From IMG/VR virus record IMGVR_UViG_3300020419_000009, positions 35,400-99,399 of that record: a stretch of DNA of 64,000 nucleotides, one strand, 5' to 3'. Below the pieces are notes generated by a model that was given only the letters and a program-made list of their open reading frames with translations, was not told where the DNA came from and did not search any database. The DNA comes from a virus. Within the stretch, counting starts at the first letter, position 1; the number at the start of each line of letters is the position of its first letter. This document shows positions 39,877 to 47,669 of the stretch, in pieces. A program made the translations under genes and the position numbers.

Positions 39877-40310
39877 TGTAATCCTCCCATAGGTATATCT
39901 TCTTGATTCAATGTCCATTCATAAGAACTATTTTGCTTAAACCATTCTAGTAATTTTGGATTTTCTTCTCTGCTTATCCAGATATCTTTATAGCCCATGT
40001 TCAAAGCAAACTTTGTGCTTTGTTCTAATGTACTTTTGCCACGTGCAAGATCATCCTTTATACTGCCCCAATTATAAGTTCTATCTCGTGTATGCCTGCT
40101 CATGATTCTAATGCTACCATTATATTCAGGACGTTCTATTCCTGCACTGTAATATATTAAATGAGGATCATATGCCATACGGGCAAATTTTGTGTATTCA
40201 AATAAAGGCCATTTGCTATAATTATCAGCATGTTTGTGTCCTTTTGTTTTTTCAAACAGTGATTTTATATTGACTAAATGATTATCTATTGGCTCTAGGT
40301 GCCACTGCAT
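39855..40310 (-). CDS. GNAT-fold-like protein
   Basis: RIMSR...EQSTKFALNMGYKDIWISRE pattern resembles the GNAT C-terminal half; ATG 40310. Confidence 0.35.
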   Translation of the reverse strand: MQWHLEPIDNHLVNIKSLFEKTKGHKHADNYSKWPLFEYTKFARMAYDPHLIYYSAGIERPEYNGSIRIMSRHTRDRTYNWGSIKDDLARGKSTLEQSTKFALNMGYKDIWISREENPKLLEWFKQNSSYEWTLNQEDIPMGGLQWVLRLA

Positions 40311-40884
40311 TATTACTTTCCTCGTGATGATCTTTATGGTTGCCTTCAAACGGAGCAATTAAATTTACCCATAGTCTGTTGGCAGGTCCTTCTGCATCGT
40401 GCCCAAAAAGATTCAAAAGTCCGAAGCCCAGATATGATAGGATAAAAATCTGAGAAAGTATTATTATTCCTGGTATACTAAAAATAATGTAAACCAACAA
40501 TGCTGTGATAGAATAGATATGATATCTATATTTGTGAAAAAATATTATTCTTTTATTTTTTAAACAGTCTTTTATATACTTCCTTGGAATACTATCAACA
40601 CTCCACAAACTAAACAAAATTTTCCACCATGGCTGAAATTTTGCACTATGTGGGTCCTTAGGTGTATCTGCATAGCGATGATGCATTCTATGTACACCTA
40701 CCCATCCTAATGGAGATCTACAGCCACATAGTAATCCGCAATATAGCATTACTACTTCTCCTACAGAATTAGTTGCAAATTCTTGATGTGAAAAATATCT
40801 ATGGTAACCGTATGTAATACCAATCGTTACGATTAAGTAATATGCTATGTATCCATAGAGTAGTATCCAGTATGATTCTATCAT
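40282..40884 (-). CDS. Membrane fatty acid desaturase (delta-9/DesC-like, compact)
   Basis: Three His boxes YHRYFSH, HRMHH and HKDHH, plus DPHS and hydrophobic TM segments. Confidence 0.85.
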   Translation of the reverse strand: MIESYWILLYGYIAYYLIVTIGITYGYHRYFSHQEFATNSVGEVVMLYCGLLCGCRSPLGWVGVHRMHHRYADTPKDPHSAKFQPWWKILFSLWSVDSIPRKYIKDCLKNKRIIFFHKYRYHIYSITALLVYIIFSIPGIIILSQIFILSYLGFGLLNLFGHDAEGPANRLWVNLIAPFEGNHKDHHEESNNAVAPRANR

Positions 40885-40916
40885 ACTAATACTTATCTAA
40901 ATTAAGATTGTGAATT

Positions 40917-42062
40917 TTAAATTAGGTTAGCCCAAGAACCATTTTCATAGCCTTGGAATTTATTATCTGTTGTATTGTAAATAACCATTCCATTAGCGGC
41001 TGTAAGTGCATTTCGTTGTGTAGTTGTTAAACTACCAAACTGTACAAAACCTGTGCCTTTAATATTTCCTAATACTTCTAGTGCTTCAGTTGGTGCTGTA
41101 AAATCTGTGTTTGCTGGCTCAATTTTTAACTTCATTCCACCGTGAATACTATGATCAGGTTTCTGTGTTATTCCTGTAGTACCATCATCACTGTGACTAT
41201 AGTAAGTATTATGTTGTCTAGACTGCATTGTAAATTTTTGTTGAGTACCTACTCTAACTGTAAATCTACTTAAGATATCTGAGTTAGCTAGTGTCTGACC
41301 TGACTGAAGTGTATATACTGCATCTATTTGTGGCGAAAGTGTATTTGGTTGATTACCGTTAATTGTAATACCACCGGTACCTGCAATTATTTCTGGTGAA
41401 TTTACATTACCTACAATTCTACTGTTGATGCCATCTACAAGTAAAGTTGATCCATCACTAAAAACAGAACCTGTCATTGTTCCGTCTAGTGTACCTTTCA
41501 ACGCACCTGATAATGTTCCACTTACTACACTAGTCGCAGTGACCGTACCTGTAGTAATTGCATTATTATTTGAATCTACTATTGCAGTACTATCATCTGC
41601 AAATACAGAACCTTTTAAGTCACCTACTACTGTACCAACTACATTACCTACTACTGAACCTGTGTGCGATCCTATAGTATCTCCTGTAAGTGTTCCTGTT
41701 AATGTTGTAGAAATAACTGAAGATGTTTGTATTGGTCCTACAATTTTTCCATTTATTGCATCAACTAAAAGAGTGGAGTCGTCTGCATATATATTACCTC
41801 TAATGTCTAATGCTGGATTATCTGTAGCGGCCCAGTTTGAACCATTGTATACTAATAATTGATCTTTTTGCGGTGTTAGTGACTGAACGTTACCTAGGTT
41901 TTCTAAGTTCTGTGTGGAAACTGATACTGCAATACCGCCCTGCGTAGACCCATCGCCTACATAAACCTCTTTTGTATTGGTATCATAAATTAACTCAGCT
42001 TCTACAGGTGTAAATCCTGTTCTTGCTGAAGTTGTACCACGTTTAATTCTGAGAGTACCCAT
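40917..42062 (-). CDS. Fibre-like virion protein with Mtd_N/hyaluronidase-like N-terminus and internal repeats
   Basis: LRIKRGT...AELIYDTNTKEVYVGDG N-terminus; three GS(V/I)FADDST.LVD repeats; C-terminal LTTTQRNAL...GMVIYNTT; AGGAG RBS and TAAATA at 42090-42095. Confidence 0.65.
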   Translation of the reverse strand: MGTLRIKRGTTSARTGFTPVEAELIYDTNTKEVYVGDGSTQGGIAVSVSTQNLENLGNVQSLTPQKDQLLVYNGSNWAATDNPALDIRGNIYADDSTLLVDAINGKIVGPIQTSSVISTTLTGTLTGDTIGSHTGSVVGNVVGTVVGDLKGSVFADDSTAIVDSNNNAITTGTVTATSVVSGTLSGALKGTLDGTMTGSVFSDGSTLLVDGINSRIVGNVNSPEIIAGTGGITINGNQPNTLSPQIDAVYTLQSGQTLANSDILSRFTVRVGTQQKFTMQSRQHNTYYSHSDDGTTGITQKPDHSIHGGMKLKIEPANTDFTAPTEALEVLGNIKGTGFVQFGSLTTTQRNALTAANGMVIYNTTDNKFQGYENGSWANLI

Positions 42063-42113
42063 CTAATGCTCCTAATTCATTGTTATATATATTTATCACA
42101 AAACATAAATTAA

Positions 42114-42428
42114 TTACTTCTTCTTTTTAGTTGGGTTCTTAAGAAAAGCACGAGTTCTTTTTTCAACATCTCGCTTTAATTTGGCAGTATTAAGCCTAAA
42201 ATCAACGTGTATGATATCGTTCTTATAGGTTTCGAATAGTTCTGATACTGACTTCTCTAGGTTAACACCAGTCTGCTTCTTTGCATTACAATCTATTTCC
42301 CATACATTACCTTTTTGAAAGGCTACCTTAATACTTGTAAGGTATTCTAAAGGCAGTGTGTGAACGTCGATTTCTTCGAAAACTTCTGGCCAGTATCTTA
42401 CTACATCATCAGGAAGCCGTTTTGGCAC
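42114..42428 (-). CDS. Hypothetical protein
   Basis: 104 aa ORF (WPEVF...LPLEYL...DFRLN) overlapping the upstream gene. Confidence 0.5.
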   Translation of the reverse strand: MPKRLPDDVVRYWPEVFEEIDVHTLPLEYLTSIKVAFQKGNVWEIDCNAKKQTGVNLEKSVSELFETYKNDIIHVDFRLNTAKLKRDVEKRTRAFLKNPTKKKK

Positions 42429-43065
42429 TGGCTTTACTTTTCTTTTTAGTAGGGACCAGTTCTTCTGCTTGTTCTCTAAGTCTTTTAGCTTCTTTGTACA
42501 TACTATCCGCTTGGGATCTGTAACTTGCCGCTAATTGCTCATCTGAGATAGCTGAATTATCTGGAGCCTGTACCCGTGCCGCCTGTACTTCTGCCTGTAC
42601 CTTTGTTGTTTTTGGCATTTCGTTAACTGACCCTACTTCTTCTAACGTTGCACCTTCTGGTAACTTATTAGGGTCTTCTAATGCCAAGCCTGCGATTGTT
42701 GTGCCTCTTTGTTTTGCAATTACTTCATTAAGTTCATCTAAACCAACAACATAGTTTGGATTAGGTAACATCTCAATTTCAGTCATTGGAACTTTTGATA
42801 GTTTTCCGGTTTTATGAAAGTTTGCTAACATATTAGAACCGTCTGATAAAGTTGTTCTTGCCATTACTTCAGCAAATTCAAATGCTTGTTGGCCTGCAGA
42901 ACCTTCAACAGTTTTAATTAAAGTATCATGATCAGCATCACTTAATGATGCAGTATCAATTACTAATGCATTTGTAGGATTTTCCTCTCCAGGAATAACT
43001 CTAAAAGCTACAACGATTCTACGTTGATTTGCTTTGATTCTACCTACATGTTTTAATTCAGCCAT
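42409..43065 (-). CDS. Hypothetical protein with C-terminal coiled coil
   Basis: 218 aa ORF, TAATG coupling to the upstream gene. Confidence 0.55.
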   Translation of the reverse strand: MAELKHVGRIKANQRRIVVAFRVIPGEENPTNALVIDTASLSDADHDTLIKTVEGSAGQQAFEFAEVMARTTLSDGSNMLANFHKTGKLSKVPMTEIEMLPNPNYVVGLDELNEVIAKQRGTTIAGLALEDPNKLPEGATLEEVGSVNEMPKTTKVQAEVQAARVQAPDNSAISDEQLAASYRSQADSMYKEAKRLREQAEELVPTKKKSKASAKTAS

Positions 43066-43334
43066 TATTTGTCTCCTTTAGGCTCTTCCGTAGCTTCGTT
43101 AGCCTTTTTTGCTTCTTCCTCAGCTTTCTGAACTTGAGTCAAGAAAGAGTCTAGCTTATTATAAGTTTTACCAACTGCTTCCATTTCGTTGGCTTTAAAT
43201 GCGCCTCTTTGAGAAGCTACATCGATTACAGATCTGAGAACACCAAGATCCTGTACTGTAAGTTCTACAGGTTTCTGTTCACCTTGTGGTGCAGTTGCCT
43301 GGGGCTCTGGTGCTTTAGTTTGTTCTTCGGACAT
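43065..43334 (-). CDS. Hypothetical protein
   Basis: ATG 43334 after AAGGAG; TAAATA at 43371-43376; ELTVQDL...DVASQRGAFKANEM..VG..YNKL core. Confidence 0.55.
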   Translation of the reverse strand: MSEEQTKAPEPQATAPQGEQKPVELTVQDLGVLRSVIDVASQRGAFKANEMEAVGKTYNKLDSFLTQVQKAEEEAKKANEATEEPKGDK

Positions 43335-43373
43335 AAATTTCACTCCTTATGTTAATATATATGTACTTTATAT

Positions 43374-43655
43374 TTACTTGTATTTTAAAAGTGGACACGC
43401 CAAAACGAAATAGGATAGTTCTTTTGGATCTTCAAATCCTATTCGCATTACTTGGTCTACTTTATTTTCTTTGGTTAATCCCACTGATTTGCCCAAAAAA
43501 TACCTTTTCTTTAGGTTAGTGCTAATCCACTTGTTTAATGCATCTTCCATATTATACCTTTGCGGAACATCAATAATTTCCAAGTGAGGAGGCTGAAATT
43601 TTAACCTTCTTACTTCGAAAAACTCTTGTGGACTGATCTTTTTTGTTTTTATCAT
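43374..43655 (-). CDS. Hypothetical protein
   Basis: 93 aa ORF directly downstream of the VWA gene. Confidence 0.5.
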   Translation of the reverse strand: MIKTKKISPQEFFEVRRLKFQPPHLEIIDVPQRYNMEDALNKWISTNLKKRYFLGKSVGLTKENKVDQVMRIGFEDPKELSYFVLACPLLKYK

Positions 43656-43658
43656 ATA

Positions 43659-44921
43659 TTATGCGGCATCCTCGTAGTGTGCAGTAACACCAAATGGTGC
43701 CTGTAAAGTTCTTTCATTATTACCATGTATAACAAATACAGTATCACAGTAAGTTTCGTCACCCCAACTACTCCAAGGATAACCATCTGTAAACATGATA
43801 AACTTTTTAGGAACTATATCATTTTCTTTCATATAATCCCAATTACAATCAAATTCTGTGCCGCCGCCTCCCATTATTTGATAATCTAATATATCTTCAC
43901 CATCAGTAGAAGAAAAATCTTGCTCGTTATAAACCTTAGTATCAAAACACCAGATCTTTAAATTGTATTCTTTAAACTCATCCATAATGCCTTTTACTTC
44001 TGAAAGAAACACCTTAGCTTGACTATTTCCAATTGATCCACTCATATCAATACCAATTACACAATCAATTTGTTGATCGAAATTCATACCAGGAAGTATC
44101 GCTCCACTATGCCAACCTTTTCTACTAGGCCTACTAAATGTATAATCATTTCTAATAGTAGCTTGTATTTGTTGACGCAGTATTTCACGCCAATTCATTT
44201 TAGGTTCAGTTAAATCTTTAATCATTCTTTCAACTTCACCAGGAACATTACCTGCACCTGCGGCCTGTGCCGCAGACATCATGTTTTCTTTAATCTCATC
44301 ACGGATCTTTTTAAGCTCATCTTTTGTATATGTAGGTCTGTTACCACCTTTACCTTTAGCTTTTTTCCCTTGACCTGGTTGCGGTTTTTCCCAGTCAACA
44401 TGTTCGTCAAGTAATTGACCTAAACGTTCTAATTCTTCTTCATCATATTTTTTATGGATATCGTCATATACTTCTTCTGATGACCAACCATCATATTTCC
44501 AGTCTTGGAATATAGGAATCATTTTTACCTTGTCACCAATTTTATCTCTAACAAGAGTATTGTTAACAATGTAATCACATGCAATATTGTAAACTTGGGG
44601 ATGTCTATCTTCTCTACGTATAATATGATCAAAAACACAATGAAGTATTTCGTGTGCAATTACAAATTCAATTTCTTTATTTGTAAGAGCATTAAAAAAC
44701 TGTGTGTTGTAATATAAATTTTTGCCATCTGTTGCGGCAGTAGGACACCAATCATCACAATGTTGTACTTTCATTCTAGTAGCCATGTTACCAAAGAAAG
44801 GATGTCTTAAAAGCAGTCCTACTCTTGCAACGATAATACGATCTTGAACATCAACTCGCATTTCAGTAAGTTCTTCTTTAGTAAGTTCCTTAGGAACAAA
44901 GCCTTTAGTATCTATTGTCAT
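43659..44921 (-). CDS. Metallopeptidase-like + VWA domain protein (DUF2201-like)
   Basis: TAATDG, AHEILHC (HExxH), IDMSGSI (MIDAS DxSxS), GGGGTEF, MFTDGY. Confidence 0.85.
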   Translation of the reverse strand: MTIDTKGFVPKELTKEELTEMRVDVQDRIIVARVGLLLRHPFFGNMATRMKVQHCDDWCPTAATDGKNLYYNTQFFNALTNKEIEFVIAHEILHCVFDHIIRREDRHPQVYNIACDYIVNNTLVRDKIGDKVKMIPIFQDWKYDGWSSEEVYDDIHKKYDEEELERLGQLLDEHVDWEKPQPGQGKKAKGKGGNRPTYTKDELKKIRDEIKENMMSAAQAAGAGNVPGEVERMIKDLTEPKMNWREILRQQIQATIRNDYTFSRPSRKGWHSGAILPGMNFDQQIDCVIGIDMSGSIGNSQAKVFLSEVKGIMDEFKEYNLKIWCFDTKVYNEQDFSSTDGEDILDYQIMGGGGTEFDCNWDYMKENDIVPKKFIMFTDGYPWSSWGDETYCDTVFVIHGNNERTLQAPFGVTAHYEDAA

Positions 44922-44957
44922 GTATTGCCTCCTAGTTCAGTGCCTTATTATGTATAT

Positions 44958-44986
44958 AATATAACACATTTTCTACTATAAGTCAA
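44958..44986 (-). promoter_or_regulatory. Sigma70-type promoter of the VWA gene
   Basis: TTGACT-17 nt-TATATT with TGn extension; leader ends in AGGAGG. Confidence 0.6.
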
Positions 44987-44993
44987 GTAGAAA

Positions 44994-45022
44994 TGGGCGT
45001 TTTTGATAAAGAAGAACGCCCA
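44994..45022 (-). terminator. Intrinsic terminator-like hairpin after the MoxR ATPase
   Basis: TGGGCGTT...AACGCCCA inverted repeat followed by TTTCT on the - strand. Confidence 0.55.
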
Positions 45023-45037
45023 AACTCCTTGTGCTTA

Positions 45038-46129
45038 TTAGGCACTCTGTGCGGCTTGGATATACTTACCAAAGCGATTATGGAATTCATCAAAACACTC
45101 AACCTCATCAGGGTCAATTGGTAATGAGTATTGTGTGAGGGCTAATTTAATACCCATGACCACCAATTCTGTGTCAAAATTATCCATTGCAAAACGTAAA
45201 AAGTTATTGACTTTTGAGTCCCACTTTTTATCGTTTTTATCACATGCTTCTTTAAGTTCATAGCAAAGAGAGACTGTCAAGGAATACATGGCACTGATTT
45301 CTTTAGTCTCAATTTCTTTAACCTTACCATTTAAGATGTCCATCGGATCAGGTAGTTTAGAAGCTACCTTACGATGAGCCATGAACTTTACTGCAAGTCC
45401 TTCGCCTACAGAACCACTTACCAAATCGGTAGTGGTATTCTCGTCATCATCATCCTCAAGTAATTCGGATACAAATGACCAAGAACGCGGTGTTGCAAAA
45501 GAACGACTCGGACTTTTAGGATCAAAGTCATATAAGTCTTTCTTTGCAAATGTCAAATAACCTACAACATCTGAATGAAGTTGATTAGCAGTTGCCCACT
45601 GTAACCAATCATCAAAGTTTACAGATAGTTCTAAGTGTACAAATCTATTAGCCAACGGAGCAGGCATTCTATAAGTAACACCTTTATCAGCTTCTCTATT
45701 ACCTGCGGCTACAATAACTACGTTGTCAGGTAAATGATAAGTACCAACTCTACGGTTAAGAATTAGTTGATATGCCGCCGCCTGTACTGCTGGAGGAGCC
45801 GAATTAAGTTCGTCCATGAATACAATAATTGTATCATATTTTTTTGCAGTTGCAGAATCTGGTAATTCTGCCGGAGGTGCCCATACCATTGTACTAGAAT
45901 TGCTATCAAAGTATGGAATACCTTTAATATCTGTAGGTTCCCATAATGATAATCTAATATCTATTACAAGTGAATTTTTAATTTCGTCACCAATTTGATG
46001 AACAATCTCAGACTTACCAATGCCTGGAGGTCCCCATATAAAAATTGGTCTTTTCTTTTTGAATGCCCTACGTATGCTACTTTTAGCTTGGTTGGGGCTT
46101 ACAGTTCTTAATGCTATATTATCTGCCAT
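45038..46129 (-). CDS. MoxR-like AAA+ ATPase
   Basis: Walker A GPPGIGKS, Walker B FMDE, AAGNR, PLANRF, TPRSW. Confidence 0.85.
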   Translation of the reverse strand: MADNIALRTVSPNQAKSSIRRAFKKKRPIFIWGPPGIGKSEIVHQIGDEIKNSLVIDIRLSLWEPTDIKGIPYFDSNSSTMVWAPPAELPDSATAKKYDTIIVFMDELNSAPPAVQAAAYQLILNRRVGTYHLPDNVVIVAAGNREADKGVTYRMPAPLANRFVHLELSVNFDDWLQWATANQLHSDVVGYLTFAKKDLYDFDPKSPSRSFATPRSWSFVSELLEDDDDENTTTDLVSGSVGEGLAVKFMAHRKVASKLPDPMDILNGKVKEIETKEISAMYSLTVSLCYELKEACDKNDKKWDSKVNNFLRFAMDNFDTELVVMGIKLALTQYSLPIDPDEVECFDEFHNRFGKYIQAAQSA

Positions 46130-46176
46130 GTTGTACTCCTTGTTTGTGTCAGTGCCTAATTTCTAACTATGTATAC

Positions 46177-46204
46177 ATTATAACACCTATTGAACAAAAG
46201 TCAA
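46177..46204 (-). promoter_or_regulatory. Sigma70-type promoter of the MoxR gene
   Basis: TTGACT-16 nt-TATAAT with TGn extension; AAGGAG RBS downstream. Confidence 0.6.
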
Positions 46205-46223
46205 CCTCTTTTTTGCCAAAATG

Positions 46224-46607
46224 TTATTTTTTTTGGCGTTCTATAGCTTTTATTAATCCATATTTTCTTAGATCTCCGGAAAAAAGATGCAGTTCCATCG
46301 ACTTCTTTTCGTCCGTAACGTTAATACTATGAGGAGTAAGATAGTAGGGACAGTTAATAAACTGATCTAAAAATATAATGGTTTGTACTGTAAGTTTTAA
46401 ATCTTTTGGAAAGGGGATTTCATAGAACTGTAAATCCAATTTTTCTATACAATAGTCATAACCTGAATCTGTAAGACGTAATCCGCCTTCTTCTTTATCT
46501 CGGGTATTTTGCCACCACACAGGCATATATTGCTTTAGTGTTGCTTCACTAATAGCTATATTAGACTGTTTAAGGAAGATCTTAGTATATGTTTCTTTCC
46601 AGTTCAT
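46224..46607 (-). CDS. Hypothetical protein
   Basis: 127 aa ORF (WWQN.R....GLRLT..G) with ATGA overlap. Confidence 0.55.
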   Translation of the reverse strand: MNWKETYTKIFLKQSNIAISEATLKQYMPVWWQNTRDKEEGGLRLTDSGYDYCIEKLDLQFYEIPFPKDLKLTVQTIIFLDQFINCPYYLTPHSINVTDEKKSMELHLFSGDLRKYGLIKAIERQKK

Positions 46608-46894
46608 TCATCATGCACCATTTCACCTTGTGTAAGTTTATACACTTCGAACTCTTCTGAACGAAACATTTCATTCAATTTTTTTGCTAGGTTATGTGCA
46701 TGTCCTGGATTTGAAAAAGAAACCTTTTTATATTTAGGTCCGGGGTAATTTGTTAATGCATTAGATGTCTTTAAGTTAAATGGTGCACCTTGATAGAATA
46801 CGGCCCAAATAGCTTCTGCTTTTAATACCTGTTCACACTTGTAGTTTGCTTTGTCTACGTTTTCTAAAATTATTGTTGGTTTTGGTCTACTCAT
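46604..46894 (-). CDS. Hypothetical protein
   Basis: 96 aa ORF (MSRPKP...YKKVSFSNPGHA); TAAATA at 46924-46929. Confidence 0.55.
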   Translation of the reverse strand: MSRPKPTIILENVDKANYKCEQVLKAEAIWAVFYQGAPFNLKTSNALTNYPGPKYKKVSFSNPGHAHNLAKKLNEMFRSEEFEVYKLTQGEMVHDE

Positions 46895-46956
46895 ATGTGT
46901 ATCCTTTAAATTAACTACACATATATTTATCTCTTTTGTAGAGTTAAACTGGTGTT

Positions 46957-47202
46957 TTACTTCCAGCCTGATCCGCCATCCATACTTATTGTAACAGTTT
47001 CTTCACCACTGCCTTTATTATCTAAGATAAGTTTTTCAAGTCTACCTGTTTGATTTGCCATAACTGTGGATAAACTAAATGCTAATGCCTTAGCCTGTGC
47101 TATAGGAATCTTTATTTCTTTTTGTTGTCCACTGTCAGCAGTTTTTACCTGTTGAATAAATTGTTGTATAGGAATAGTATTAATGGGTTCGTTTGTTTGC
47201 AT
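46957..47202 (-). CDS. Hypothetical protein
   Basis: 81 aa ORF overlapping the upstream gene end. Confidence 0.5.
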   Translation of the reverse strand: MQTNEPINTIPIQQFIQQVKTADSGQQKEIKIPIAQAKALAFSLSTVMANQTGRLEKLILDNKGSGEETVTISMDGGSGWK

Positions 47203-47659
47203 CAGATAATTCCTGTCTCATTGTAAATTCTGTTTTAAAAGGACCTTTGTATGGATACTTTTCTAAAGTAACTAGTTTAGGACAAAAACTTCTAACCCAA
47301 CCCTTATCAAATCTAATTATATAATATCCTGCACTGTATAAACTCTTTGACTTCTTACTCTTAGTAAACAAAGGTAACTTCTTTTGAACATTATACATTA
47401 TATTAAAAGGATTTGTAGATGTTGCAAATCCGTGTATTTCCTTGTGTTTAGTGCTGTCATCTGAAATCTTTGTTTTATCCCAATTTACTCCACCGATAAA
47501 ACTATTAAAAGATTTAGTATCGCTAAAGTATTCTGTACCAGTAGCACAACTATACATATATCTTTTATCTTCTTGTTTAGATAAAGTTCCTATTCTTTGC
47601 CCATCTGATTCTATAATCCAAAACTTATTTTTAAGAATTGGTTTTGCTTTTACTGACAT
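47180..47659 (-). CDS. Hypothetical protein
   Basis: ATG 47659 after AAGGAG; SFCPKL..L..Y...GPFKT motif. Confidence 0.55.
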   Translation of the reverse strand: MSVKAKPILKNKFWIIESDGQRIGTLSKQEDKRYMYSCATGTEYFSDTKSFNSFIGGVNWDKTKISDDSTKHKEIHGFATSTNPFNIMYNVQKKLPLFTKSKKSKSLYSAGYYIIRFDKGWVRSFCPKLVTLEKYPYKGPFKTEFTMRQELSDANKRTH

Positions 47660-47669
47660 ATCTTCTCCT

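Noticed and set aside
11162-40884. Classical RiPP cluster with a short precursor peptide
   Set aside because: Genes overlap almost continuously, and I found no short leader/core ORF, RRE/PqqD-like protein or exporter. A precursor outside the window cannot be excluded.
40917-42062. Diversity-generating retroelement, suggested by the Mtd-like N-terminus
   Set aside because: No reverse transcriptase and no template/variable repeat pair differing at adenines was seen.
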